DNA of 59,894 bases, filler included, from Sphacelaria rigidula (taxonomy: Eukaryota): the NCBI GenBank assembly GCA_964200075.2. It is 3 parts of 3 records of this genome, joined end to end, with 100 filler letters (N's around TTAATTAATTAA, not from the genome) between each part and the next. Parts side by side here need not be neighbours in the genome. Positions count along the whole stretch, not along the records: positions 20,001 to 39,897 come from CAXNAA020000593.1; positions 39,998 to 59,894 come from CAXNAA020000594.1; 1 more part is not named here. The stretch is one strand, 5' to 3'. A model generated the notes under the pieces. The model searched no databases, was not told the DNA's origin, and worked only from the letters and a program-made list of their open reading frames with translations. The translations under genes and the position numbers were made by a program. Below, piece after piece: positions 39,501 through 52,858 of the stretch. Numbering within the stretch: position 1 is the stretch's first letter; every line of letters starts with the position of its first letter.

Positions 39501-39897
39501 TCCATACAGTAGCTGTTCCGAATATGGGTACATAATAACATGTTGTTACCGTGTGTGACCTCTCGACATACGCTCTGCAGACGGAAGTCAGTAGAGTAGA
39601 GCAACGAAAGCTCCAGATTGCAGCTGACACACCCCTCTCTGACCTCCAGAGACAAAGAGACGAAATCTCTCCGCAGCTCGATGTTCTTTGGGGATACCTA
39701 CCGGCACATGAGAAATTCGGTACGTGCTGGTAACATACATGATGCCAGTCTCTCGAGTGATTGATAATCGCCCAGCAAGGGCACACAAAGGACACGGGCG
39801 AGGAGCTTCCTCTCTGTCGTTCCTTCTCTCTCTAACAGACAATTCTATAAAAGGAGGTTCATCAATTAAATGAGGTTCGAGCCCAAAACAGTACTTT

Positions 39898-39997
39898 NNN
39901 NNNNNNNNNNNNNNNNNNNNNNNNNNNNNNNNNNNNNNNNNTTAATTAATTAANNNNNNNNNNNNNNNNNNNNNNNNNNNNNNNNNNNNNNNNNNNN
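39898..39997. other. Artificial contig spacer
   Basis: Identical 44 N + TTAATTAATTAA + 44 N design. Confidence 0.97.
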
Positions 39998-40499
39998 CTG
40001 GGTATTAGTGGGGTGCAGCAGCGTCGCGGAAAATGTCGAACACACGGCCCAATTCGACGAGTCTTGAGCTGAATTTTCAGGAAAACCTTCTGCACCAAAG
40101 AAACTGATACTTCACGAGTCCAGCTGCAGATTCTCCCTTTTTCCCTGGACTTGAGGCATTATTTAGTTTTTTTTTCTGAAATTTCGAATCCCCATAACTT
40201 CCCTTTTATATTTTTTTATTTGCTGTTCACGTGATCTTCTGCATTTCGATCATAAAAAGCTGCCGTCAAAATTTCAGCGTCCAACTCCTAATATCTCGCC
40301 GTGCGTCGCCTGAGCGAGGTTCGCGCCTACTCTTGGCTGGCCCAGCTCGTACTCACACAAAGCAAAGGCGACAAGGAAAATACCATTTCAAACCGTAGCG
40401 TTCGATCATATCATGCACTCAAAGCTTGATACCGTACTTTGCCTACAAACGTGCCCGAACCTTTTGACTCAGTCCTAACTGACGCAGCTCAGAACAAAT

Positions 40500-41155
40500 A
40501 TGTGGTGCTTCTTCCTAAAAAATGAGCGCACCATCCACATGCCCCTTTCCATCAGAGGCGAAACACCATCCATGTGCTTATCCAAACACATAGCAAGCCA
40601 TCAAAAGACACGCCACAGTCAAAGGTCACTGTATTCGCGCATGATTTCTTCCATCTTCAACCTCTGGAGACACTCCCGCTATACCTATTCACATACACGC
40701 CTACTCATTTCGTAGTTTCCGCTAATTTGCACGCAACAGCATCAATCACCATCTCCTACAGTCAGTATGTGCAAACCGCACAAAGATGATTCCAGTTTTC
40801 TGCGCGAACAACAATATACGAGCTTTGTCTCACTCAACGCACAGCAGCGTATTTAGAACTGCATCACTCCGACTCTTCACCAGACACCATGCACACATCA
40901 GTAACTTTCGAGCGAAAAATCCACATATGAATGCTAAAATTTCACTCAGCGGCTTCTTTGTAGAAATCACCATGTATCATGTGTGCTAACCAGAGCAGCA
41001 CAACACACAGTACCAAACACCCGCGGGTACACCGGCATTTCCTCCAGCAGAGACGCAATACGATCATACTCGAATAACCGTATGCTTCATGCGCAAACAG
41101 CATCAGACACATGACCAGAAACCACACCACAACCACCTACAACCGTCCACAAAAC
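40500..41155 (+). repeat. Inverted, diverged copy of 55500-56170
   Basis: ATGCTTCATGCGCAAA..ACATGACCAGAAACCACACCA matches the reverse complement of TGGTGTGGTTTCTGGTCATGT..TTTGCGCATGAAGCAT. CTCTTCACCAGACACCA is also shared. Confidence 0.8.
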
Positions 41156-41203
41156 GAGTCAGGTATACAAGTCGGAATGTGCTTCCTCATTCTCAACAAG
41201 CAA

Positions 41204-42760
41204 TCACACCAGTACTTGCTCCTTAACATCACCCAACCCGGCGCTCACCACAACATCAAGGACCTCAGGTAACGCCTTCATTCTCCTGCGCTCCTCCTTC
41301 GAAACAGCATCACTCCGACTACAATCTCGTCCACACCGTATAGCGGCATTTCCGCTCAAACAGTCGCTCCTCGCATCATAGATATAGCCACAGCTCTCAT
41401 AGCTTCCCCGGAAATCGGCGTTCAATGGCCACTGCACGGCAGGTACCAAACCCACCCAGGCATCGACATCGCGTCTTCCTTCCTGCGTTATGATCTTCAA
41501 GGTACGAATAATGTCACGCATCATTCGCTCACATTCACGATGTGACAACCGCGAGTTGGTCACCACGAATCTGGGATACATCAGCGCCTTCTCGAGCACT
41601 CTCACCACACGATTCTTACATTGCGATGCCGTATCGCTGACCCATCCTTCCTGCGGCCCCAGCGCTTTGCACCATGTCAACAGATGCGTCATCACCATCG
41701 CCGCTGTACGAGACTCCGCGGGCTCCAACCGCACGAAGTCGCTCGGATCATCCATCCTTACCAATGTGTACTTGAACCGATATCCTTCGTCCAAGCCATT
41801 GTCTCCCAGCGGACCACTCTCGCCAACACTGAGAAAATTGAAATGAAACACTCCCTCTTGGCGAGTACCATGCACCACCTCCTTGTGGGGACGGGGAACT
41901 TGCTCCCTCGCCTTGTAGGCACTCATCCAGCGAAAACAGAACTTCTTGGGCGTTGCAATCGCCGCTCTTGCCCACACTACCTGCAGACTACAGTACACGA
42001 ACCCGAGCGCCATCAATGTTGCGATGTAGCGTGCCAACGACGCCATCCTGACCGGAGAGTATATGCCCTCGGCCGAGCCTTTGCCCCCACAACAGATTTG
42101 AATTTCACCTTCAAGGCTCGACGCGAGCAGGTGGATAACCATTCAGCACTCGCCTAAAAACGTTCGCTCTGTTCCGTACAAGCTCACGAATCTGGATCAC
42201 GCCGCTATCCGGTATCGCGTTATCCGCGTCGGCTTGTACCGCGTCCTCCGGCGCAACATCAAGTTCAGCAAGCTCGTGTTCCGGGGATATGCTCATCGCT
42301 GGACTTCTCGACAACAACCGCCCGACCTCCTGGTTGCTGTAAAGCGTCAACCGCGATACTGACATGCCGGCGGTCCGTAAAATCAGGTGTGTTCACACCC
42401 CGCACCGAAGTGTTTCTTGCACGTGCACAGGCACCTAAACTACTGTACACGTCAATACCCAGCGCCTCCAGCATAGGGCTCCCAATGATTATCACATTAT
42501 TTGTACCCGGCATGACCGCATACGAACATGGGTCCAGCACTACCGGTCCCCAGCTGGTGTGTAACGCGATTCGGACAGGCACGTTCTTTGGTTCACGCGC
42601 TCAACATTGCCGTTAGCCAGTTTCACCAGCTGTTCACCAGCCATCGGTGTGATCACTCGAACTTCTGGAGCCATAGCTTGCAATTTCACCGCTACACCCA
42701 CTGAAGGCCCATTTTTTTCTTTACTCAGCATACCTTTGTCGTCCTCCATGCCACGTTTCA
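41204..42760 (-). mobile_element. Ty3/Gypsy LTR retrotransposon pol fragment (protease region + integrase; RT/RNase H deleted)
   Basis: Integrase core-like HFNFLSVG...YTLVRMDD.SDFVRLEP...WVSDTASQCKN...ECERMMRDI...WVGLVPAVQW. Protease C-terminal-like ...VIIIGSPMLEALGIDV. No YxDD between them. Confidence 0.8.
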
Positions 42761-44819
42761 AATCACAATTCTAAAAGTTGAGCTGAAAAATCGAGATAAG
42801 GCCAGAGAGCAATGTTCATTTCTCCTCAAAACCCCCCTAAAAATACGAAAAAAAATGAGAAAAACCGAAAAAAACCCGGAAAAGCTGTGCTTTTTCATTT
42901 CATTATGCACCAGCGGTTGCGGTTCTCCATACCAAACCTCATAGCACAACTCTCAAAAACTGAGACGCGATATCCAGATTTAGGTCATTTAGTGCCTCTC
43001 CTCGTAATACATACTGATTTTAGTATAGAGCCTTATGTGCGCCATTTCTCGAGATAAATAATGAAATCGGTGAAAGTGAGGGTATCTATCGTCTCCCCGT
43101 GCTCCAGGGAAGGTCCACACCAAAAATCGTCATCATCCGCTTGATCGATCGTTCGGAGTTTCATATAGATTTTAGTGTGGACGTTGTCTCCGCTAGCTAT
43201 AGGAATTACTGTACATAGAAAATTGTCCCAGATTTTTTAGCAAATCGGCACCTTCCCCTTGATTAGACGATTGATACGGTATGCAGATCACGGCCCAACT
43301 CGTCTGTGTCGTTGAGATACCGCTTTTAGAGCTTAAATCCGTTTTTAGGCTGGCCCAGCTCGTAGCGACTTCGAACTGTTGACTGTGGTTTGCACAGCCT
43401 ACGAGCGATGTTTCAGCGCCTCGCGGCGGCTACAGCGCGCTTAGGGTCGTGCGCCATGAACTGCGCAGCTCTACAGACTGTATGTCGTACCATGGGGCCC
43501 GCAAGGAGCCCGTACCGAGCAGCACCATACACACCACCGAATGCGCGACACAATGTCGTTCTCAATGTGCAACTTGTGCCGACAATCCAGCCTTGAACAT
43601 AACTTTTCAGATATGCTGCATGTTGGGCCGTAGGCCCTTTCTCTGGGGCCCCTCGCTCGTGTGCCGTGGGCCGTAGGTCCTCCCTCTGGGGTACCTTGCT
43701 CGTATGGATTACACCTATTTCACGGATGATTCCAGCTGATAATTTATACGATTACTCTTGTATGCGAAAACCCGCACACATTTGACTTTTTTGCTTTTGG
43801 TGCAACACTGGTAGACCTAAAGAAATGTACATGAACAATGATTGGTACTCGATTTTACTTGGTTTTAGACTGAAGGAAGTTCTGAGGAAATTCATGATTT
43901 GGGGCAGGTGAGCAGTGGTGAGCAGTAGAACCAGGTCGTCCAGAACGTGTTTGGGTCCAAAATCGGCTCAAAGGCGTCGATTTGAGTTCTCGAAACGCGC
44001 GCCTTACATGAGAAACTGCAGCCTTCTTGCCCGAGAGTTCTCGGTATGTCTTGGTCGATATTCGTGTTATGGTTAGCGTTAGGGTTGGTGGCATCTCTAT
44101 GGTACCAACATTTGTTTACGTACATTTGTTTCGATTCTCTCTGTGAAGTACTTGTGCGGGGATGCATCCTTGTCACAAGAACATCTCTGTCATCCCTGTC
44201 ACAAGGGCATTCCTGCGCCGGTACTTCACAGGTGCATCCTTTGAGGGAACCCTCTGTTACGGGGGTGGCATGATCACAGGGATTTCGTCACCCCCTGCGC
44301 TTGTCCAGCACAGCTGACCCACAGTGAGGACGTTTGCCCACGTGTGTGCCTTGTTCAACTCGCCAACAGCTCATTGCATGGTCTTGTTTTTGCTGCTGAC
44401 TAGGGCCAAGGCAATGTTCAATTATTTTCAACCGCTTTGCTTTTCATGTTCTCGTAGCATTCGCTGCACAACCGCTGTCTCCGTGCTCCCGAATCAACGA
44501 GAACGCAAGGAAATACCCCTCCATGAACAGGATTTTGTGGTTCAGGTTCCTGTTTGAAGTTTCCCATCATCTCGGAGAGGCTTTTGTGGTTCGGGATCGA
44601 CACCCCGCGAAAAAGAGCCAGTGTGGGCGACTTTCGATGCCCAGAACGCGCGCCACAGGTATCAGATGAGACCCAAACCGAAACGGTAATGTACCGCTGC
44701 ACCTTCTTCGTGATAAGGTGTCTTGCCGCCTGAGGAAACTCGGCAAAAGTGGTGAAACAAGTGAAATGATACATGTACATATAATGCGGACAAACATGAC
44801 GTATCAAATTAATGTATAT

Positions 44820-45370
44820 AAATGAATGTATGGATTCAAAATCCGTTTTGGCGACATTGTCCATCAATAGATGCCCTCTGTAACAATCCATTATTAACGG
44901 CAATGTCTATCGATAGATATCCTCAAAGCCTTTGTTTGCGGCAAAGTATATCGATGGATTGATCACTAAGCCCATTGATGATGGGAATGGCTGGGTAATA
45001 GGTGGCTCACCAAATCTATGGATGATGGTGGCTACCGATATATGGTTCACCATATACATTGAGTGCGACATGCACTATCGATACATCATATATTCCAGAA
45101 CCTATTGCGGTATCCGATTCCGTCGATGGACGATGCTCTCTATCTATCGTAATTGCAACAAACAACACATTTACTCTTGCAACATCTCTTGTCACTTTCG
45201 ACGACTAGAGTATCAAAATATGTTTCACGATCTACTGTGTTTGACAAAATATGGATACATTTTCCCCCGCGTCTATTATTGACGCGATGGCCTATTATTG
45301 TGTCCATCGTCCTGAGTGTGGAATCACCAACCTGCAGTGAAAGTGACCCTTGTCATAGATATCACCCCTA
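44820..45370. repeat. ATCGAT/CTATCGATAG-rich degenerate repeat block (probable MITE-like element)
   Basis: Recurrent TCGAT/TATCG/CGATG words; no convincing coding signal. Confidence 0.45.
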
Positions 45371-45596
45371 AGCTGCTGTTGAAATGGAAAAGATGTCAGC
45401 TAACTTGCTTTTACGACGTCTATGAGAGCGCAAACGGTGGTGCGCCACCAGCAGTAGGAACAACACCAACCAGCAGTGTTGGGTACTGTGACGATGGTTG
45501 CTTGCGATGACGAATGCATGCTACTTGTGCAGCTAGGTTGTGCATTGTCTTTCGCTGGAGAAAGTTGAGAGGGAGGTCATTGTGCAGTACAGATGT

Positions 45597-45644
45597 TGTG
45601 GTGGTGGTGGTGGTGGTGGTGGTGGTGGTGGTGGTGGTGGTGGT
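45597..45644 (+). repeat. (GGT)n microsatellite
   Basis: Direct inspection. Confidence 0.95.
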
Positions 45645-46016
45645 TGTCGTTCTTCTTTTACAAAACCTATCGATAGACAGTGATGCCCCTAACCTTCATG
45701 TCTTGAGTTTTGCGGATTGTTATCTGGGGATGTAAGCCCGAGACATTCTCACAGATGGCCCGCCTACCGCGTAGTAGATTCAGCGTATGTTCATATTCAA
45801 CATATGCACATCCATCCGCTATGAAGTATATCCTCAGACTAATCGCAAACAGTCAGTAACGGCCCCATTCCGTTTTTCACATGGTTTGCTCGATCCGTCT
45901 CCTTGCTTCACTTTGACATGTATGTATTCACGCGACAATTAAGTCTACCTGTATCCTTGCCCGAAACCTTCTGAACTCTTGACACCCTTGACGCGTTTCA
46001 CTTGCACCTTCTACAG

Positions 46017-49000
46017 CCACATACGCGAGGCTATGGTGAACATCATGACCGCTTCCGACGCTCAACCGCACCAGCGGGGTCGTGAGGGGAACATGCCGAC
46101 CCAACCGGTGCAGAGTGTCGACGTGGACGCCTCCACGTGCATGTTCTGGTGTGCGAGTGCTATCGGGGGGCTTGCCCGAGGTGTTGAAGTTGACTCGGTA
46201 CGTGTTTGGCGTCAGGAACGGCACAGCACGTCGTGGGAAGTAGGCCTAACCGCATACAGTACTGTGAAATTTGTTGATTTAGGCTTCCAAAGTTTCACGT
46301 CGCCGATTGTATATTTGTGTGTCTGTAATGCCCACGATTTCCATGACTTTCCGTGTCCTCCGAGGACAGCGTCTACACTCCAGTTCGCGATGGTCTCTTG
46401 CGTTGGCCGCTCAGGTGTAGCACTTACCGAAGTAATTGAAATGCGGTGTTCTCGCAGTCAACGCAGAAATCTATCGCGCTTTGACTAGCTTTTTGCCCCC
46501 AAAAAACATTCCCAAACACAACTATTGATGGAAGTATCTCTTCATGCCGAGATCCATTCTCAATGACGGAAACAGCAGCATTTTCCTGATAACTGTATGC
46601 TCCTTCTTTTTTTCAAGTCGCACCACTTATTTGTTTTCGCGATGTTTGTCTGTTTCAAGATTCGGGAAGTAGACACTCTAGAAAATCAGCACTGCTGCTT
46701 GTTTCATAAGCACGCACAGCTGTGATACAGCACACAGCACGATTGCATGTAGGTATGATTTTCAATCACGGGGGGTGCGACCATGATGTTGAACGTTTAC
46801 GCTGGCGGCCTTGCACGTCTTGAGGGGATGTAGAATTTAGGATGTATGATGTATGGGTCCATACCGTTCAGCGTGAACATTTCGTCTCGTTCTTTTCCCG
46901 TTAAAACCCGAAAAAAACAGAGGGGATTTCCGGCAAGAGACCCACCGTGAATGACCCTACCTCATAGAACAGGCATACGTTTTTATGTGATTCGATCTGG
47001 CTGCTTTGCTCCCATGAGCCTGCAGGTCACGAGATATATTCAACAGGCAGAGGCAGCTATGCGCCGTTGTTCTGGTCCCATGACGGTGGATAAAGCAAGG
47101 TGAGTCAGCTTTGAAACGGAGACACCTTTTGGGCCCTGTGGAGTCATGCTACAATAGGGGAGGGGGAATGTTTCCCACGAATTCCCACCTCAAGTCATCG
47201 TTGGAAGCAGCAACAACCTCGCTACCGGTAAGACACGCTCATTCATACCACTTGACACCATTTTCACCGAAATACAAACGCACCGCGAGTAGTCAGGTCG
47301 TCTGACATACCTGTGAGCCCCTGTTTTTCGTGGAATAACCCTCCCTCCCCGCCCTGAGAAATAAAGGGAAAAGAAGCGCTCAGACGCAAAGTAGACGAGG
47401 AAGAATACCCTAAAGATATACGGAGGATTGAGAGAGAGGATGAGGATGAAAACATATTTGCACCGCGGCGAACACTTTGAAACTGCGATTTCGGGTGCTG
47501 GACCTGGACCGGCCAGAAAGAAGGAGATTGACCAGTAGTAGATAGGAGGAGGAAGTAGATGCACAAAATTGCCCCTGTGGTAAAGCAACAGAGAGCAGAC
47601 GTTATATAATGGCAGAAAGTGAACTATACAAGGAGGGACGGGACGTGCTAGAGAGGGACATGCGGGACGTGAACGAAGGTGGTATGAAATCTTTTGATGC
47701 ATCAGACAGTGGCGAATAAACGATGGCTGTACTAGGGGATAGATGGTGGTCACAGGCGGCGACACAGGACGGAGATGAGATACGTAAACTGTAACTTTTG
47801 GAAGAAACGTGGTGAGCACCGGAATGTTCGAGGTGTCTCTATTAGGAGTAGGAGCGGTGCTCCGTCTCGAAAGGGATGCGTGGTCAATGGTCACACGATG
47901 AAGGCGAGCAACAAATGAGTACGCCCCTCTCCTATCCTGACATCACTCTGGGGGGGGGTTGGGCGGGCCTAACTTGGGGGTAAAGTATTTGACTAGCGCT
48001 GCTGTCAGGTGTGCAGTCTCACGTCATATGCGAATGATGCATGTTGAATCTGCATTTATTCTGCAGGAAAAAATGACCGCTGCCTACATAAGTCGAGATA
48101 ATATTCTGCGCGTGACATTACCGCAACATTCCAACCGACAGGGCACGGGCTATCCTGGCGCACGTGTACGGCTTCGCTGGCAGTCACGTGAGTCGACCAA
48201 GATTTCCGTAATAGTGATGCCGACACGGTAGAAATGGCATGTCGACTGGCTGTCCAAGGCGGCGGATATCCCCACCCTGGATACGTTTAGCCTTACCCCC
48301 GCCCGGTGTATATTCTTGAAGCGCGTGTTCCGAACCGTTTCTAGAGAGTGAGATGACGTCGAGTTCCAGTTCGACATTCACTCTGCCGAGTATTGTCGTC
48401 GTAGTCGTTGTTGTCTACGATCCCCTGTTCCTACATTGATCGCCTAGAGACTTCGCCACCCGATGTGTGCACTCCCCTCTGGCAGAAACCGTTCGTCGAG
48501 TGCATGCAGCGTTCACATGTGATTCTGGAAAGCCTTCGAAATAAAGGACAATCAAGTGAAGTAGTTCCGAAGGTGAGTAAGTTGAATACGGCATGATGAT
48601 GCGGCCATGAGAGGCGTTGGGTTCATCATTGCCTGTAATATAAAAATATTGTCCCAAACACCGGTGCTCGTTTTCGTTCTGGCGCTGATTTAGCGAACCA
48701 CAACAGATGAACCCAACTCCAGAAACGGAGCAAGGATACTGAGATGAGAATAATTCGCAGAAAACGACCACACCTCGAACACGGAGAATAGATGCTTTCG
48801 CCGCCCAGGCGTCTTCGGCTGGCGGGCTGAAGTAACTCAGTTCGTTGTGTATCTGGCGTCAGCATATCGCGTACAACACCCCTCGAATGACGTCAATCCG
48901 GGTACCGTCGACGCTAGCGTCGCAAAACAGTACGTTGGTTCCGAATGAAATGAAAATGAGCCGACACCTCTCAGCTCCCCGAGATCAGGTATGCGTCCCC

Positions 49001-52000
49001 AGCGTGCTGTGCCAAGACGATTCAGTTCTTGGTTATTCCGACCTCAGCCCCCCAACGAGGATCATGGTGGCAAAGGGGCGGGAAGGGATGCCATGGCCCA
49101 GAAGTCGAAATTTGCCGCTTCCTTGCGTGTTTTCCCATAACATACGCCATTGCGATCGTGTTCATTGTGTAAAACTTGGGGTATTGATCACACTAGGCTC
49201 AGAACAGTCGCACCCAGGCCAAGATTCGTCGGACTATGTTCCCTAAGCCCGTGCCTCGCAAATACAGGGCTTAGCAGAACTAGTGCAAGTTGGATCCGGC
49301 GTGAAACTCCCTCGACACAAGACTCAGGATAGTGCAGGACCGCAGCCGCATAATGGATACGTCGTGCACCCTCGCCTTATGGTAAGCGCGATCTTCTGTG
49401 CTTCTGATATTTCGGAAGATGCACGACTTGGACCTAGTAGTGTGAAGGATAGTGGAATCCACGACAGACAAACACACGAACTCAGGCGAGGCCCGCGCTT
49501 TACGGTGGGCATTTGCGGAAACTTTCTATCGGCCTTTCTTTTCTCACTAATGCAATGTATACACAACGATTTTATGCTGCTGACCGCTGCAGACCAATGC
49601 CCTACGTTTACATCCCATTGCAAGATACCGCACAACCAACTCCAGCGCCTAACATGAGTCTCAAGCACCCCCCTTGACAGAGAAGTCATATCGACATCCA
49701 GCGTAGTCATGCTGTGTGCAATGTCAGGACTGTGCGTGTGTGAAACTGCATGGAACGAGCAGCAGTGCTGACCTTCGGGGCTGTCCACTTTCGGGATCTG
49801 GGAATGAAAATTAATCTCGCGATGGGAAATGAGCCGTGAGGTTTCCGAATGAAAATTATCACAAGTAGGGATCGTGCATGAGAGAGTGCGAAGAAGGCGC
49901 CCAATATGATCCTGCATTCCGTCGCCACGGAATGGGCCTGCTGTCATATTGGCTCCATGCATATAGTTCCGGCGGCGTCCCTGAACCTACCTGTCTGTGC
50001 AGATGACCAACATTATCAACGAGGATCGAGTACTCCAGCACTCGATGCAGGTATTGCAGTCTTTCCAGGACGCCTTCATCGATGACGTCCAAAAGGAAGC
50101 GAGTAGCTCTGGTGCTTGTGACAAGGGCGAAGGACCAGGGGAAGATCTGTTCGTGTATAGTAAATCCTCCCCGGAGGAAGAGCGCAACTCCGGTGTACAG
50201 TTGGAGCAAGCGCTGGGGTCTACAGAGGTTCTCGAGGAGACGATGACGAGCAGAATGGAAGTCTTTGGTTCGGAGATGGAGACATTGGAGCACATTATCG
50301 AGAGGTGGAGAATGACAAACTTGCTATGCCTCTATGCAATGGTCGGGGCAGCTACCATATATTGTGGGAGTTGCGAAGGGGGAGACTGTAAAGTTCAGAA
50401 AAAGCTGGATCCCTCGCATAGTGGAAAGCGATGGCTGGGCAGAAAACGGGGAGATGACCTGACGGCAGGCGGGAAGTTGACCTAGCGACAGGCGGGGCGT
50501 TGTTTTCTATTAGTGCTTATACAATTAGTGTGGATAATTTGGGCGAAGATTGATGTCAAGGTCTAGTTACCCCTTGCGTGATGTCACGTGTTAGTCGGAC
50601 TCGATGGTGCCAGCGGGTATTTATGTACCCCCGTGAGTGCGTAAACCATCCGCTTTCATGCCAATAAGAGGCGATCTATCGTGCGTATACGTCATGTGTT
50701 TCCTGGTACTCGCTGTTCACGCCTTTGCGTCAACCTTCATGGCACATGCACTCGACGGACCGTGGGTTGGCGGTGTGCCGCTACATACTGCCAATCGAAG
50801 ATCAAGCATCACGTCTACACTCTTCCGAGTAGCCCTCAATGGGTGAGTCTTACCACGATAGAGAGATAATGTGTAGAATAATGGGTACCTCGCATGGAAC
50901 AGTTTTGTCAACTTTACAAACCTTTGACCCGCTCTCCCACATGACGGTGCAACCGCTTCCTTAATGACCAGCCAAACACGGAGAGATTTTTACTCATTCC
51001 CTCTGAATAAACTTTCGGAAGCGAGTTCAAATAAGTGCCTTGTCCTCTGCCTGTCACCAGTATGCTGTCAGGCGACTCTGTGATGCACGTGCGAGACGTG
51101 CGCTGTTATCCTCTCTGCGCTTCAAACTCTACAGATTCGTGTGATGCGAAAAAATATGCGTAGTCCTCAAAGTTGTCACCGAACTCGCAGTGCGTGCTTG
51201 GGCCCACCACATGCGGGAGAGAATGGGGGAGCAGCGTACGTCCAGTGATTTGGCCTAATGATATTATCAGCCACGTAAACTGCGGTTGACTGAAGGGATG
51301 AAGTGTCTGTTTTTCGACTCGGAGTAGGAATGTACACAGTTTCGAGAAGAGTTGACCACGATTTTAAGTCGAGTCGGTCTCGGAACTACGGAGGAGGTAT
51401 CATCTATTTTGTGGAGTTGCGTGGGATCTGAGAGATGCGATGCCAATGAGAGCGAAAATATGCCCAAGGCTTTGGATCTTTGGGTGCCGTGTCCACGCCC
51501 TACCCCGGTAGGAAACTAGTTTCAAAACGATCGACGAAGAGACCTAGACGCAGGCGGATGTAACACCGGGATTGACGACAGAGGAATAAAGAGGCCGTGA
51601 TGGTAGCCGCGTGCCCACTGCTGCTTGCCTCTCCTTTCCCGTCTTGGCAGAAGAATTATTTTCGCGAAAATAATGAGGAACGATGCGAAAGGCGCCCTCA
51701 AGACCCTGTCAGAGATCGTCGAGGGAGTCGAGCGCTACCCGGGTGTTTGTCGATTTCTACCGGTGTGAGTACAGCGCATCTACAATCGTGTTTTCCACTA
51801 GACTCTGGTACGTGCGAAGGAGGATACCCGCAAACCCCTTTTTTATAACACACATTACTATGAGAGACTGAACGCGATTCACATTCCACGGTGTTTGCGT
51901 TGGCTTTACAGGATTGGGATGGGTGTTTAGTTTTATGATGAGGTGATCTACGATGCAGAGACATGCGCCGGGTGTAGATATATGTATACGACCCCGATAT

Positions 52001-52236
52001 CATACTCAGTTTTGCACATGTACCGTCCCTCCTTCGTTGTTTTTTGTGCACATCGGTGGTAAAAGAACCCATTTGGTGCACCAGGCCATCTCGACACTCG
52101 CTGCCGTGAAGCACAAAGAGCTGTACGACCGGGCAACGTCCGCCTACAACCCCATGCGGCCCGCGGGATGTGCACCGTTTCCCTCGCTGGAAGAGTGGAA
52201 CGGGATGGAGGCCTGCTGTGCCAACGTCTTCTGCAG
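46017..52236 (+). CDS. Multi-exon protein of unknown function (both ends unresolved). Exons 46017-46197, 47026-47099, 48142-48187, 48486-48572, [possible unresolved exon(s)], 50003-50304, 50801-50842, 51651-51764, 52066-52236
   Basis: Phase-consistent GT-AG exons: HIREAMVNIM...STCMFWCASAIGGLARGVEVDS|VTRYIQQAEAAMRRCSGPMTVDKAR|ARAILAHVYGFAGSH|KPFVECMQRSHVILESL...; ...EHIIER|SSITSTLFRVALNG|RIIFAKIMRNDAKGALKTLSEIVEGVERYPGVCRFLPV|THLVHQAISTLAA...FPSLEEWNGMEACCANVFCR. From memory it resembles an expanded brown-algal family, some members of which carry a Zn2Cys6 domain; no such domain was found here. Confidence 0.75.
47355..47930 (+). mobile_element. LINE family A 3' fragment in an intron of gene 4
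   Basis: Nucleotide match to 20530-21130 (GACGCAAAGTAGACGAGGAAGAA..., GGTGCTCCGTCTCGAAAGGGAT...ACAAATGAGTACGCC). Confidence 0.85.
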
Positions 52237-52858
52237 GTGATGTACGCTTTTTTTCGCGGTATGCGCGGAAGCACACATGTGTTGCGTGAGTTTCAAATAT
52301 GGTGAGGGAGTCGCTGGACCCAACAGTAACTGCCCCGTCTCATCGTTTGCGGCACCGTTTCTCTCGATTTATCGGGGGATAAAGGATATCCGAAAAATAC
52401 AAGTACCGATTTTTCAACCAACCCAGGAAATAGATCGAAATAAGACTTAAGATTCCTTCGGGAATCAAGGGTCGGAAGTTTTTGCAAAATTTCGAAGAAG
52501 TTCATTTTTTCGAGAAAATTGGATGAAAAGTGAAGACAACTGCCCTGTTTGAGAGTGTCATCAACGGGGCATATCCGTATATATCGATCACCCCCCCCCC
52601 CAAACAAAAGTTGGACTTTTCCCCATATTCTCCCAAACAAATTTGACGCTCGTTTTTCGAAACAAAATGTCGCCAGTCTCGAATTCTTGATTTGCCCGAC
52701 CTGATCGAGAAATATTCGCACATATTTTGCAATGATGTCTGAGGGGTTGTTTTGCCCCCCTTTAATTCGTAGGTTTGACGGAGGGGAGGCAGACCCAGGG
52801 GTAAGACCCCTTAATAATACTACGTTCGGTTTAACCCGAACGCTGTACGGGCAAGCCC

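Noticed and set aside
37200..39897. Further REJ exons or a separate gene
   Set aside because: No convincing phase-compatible exon or recognisable domain; looks like degenerate repeat or intron sequence.
36563..46017. Joining the REJ gene to the 46-52 kb exons
   Set aside because: Separated by an artificial contig spacer, and the peptides look unrelated.
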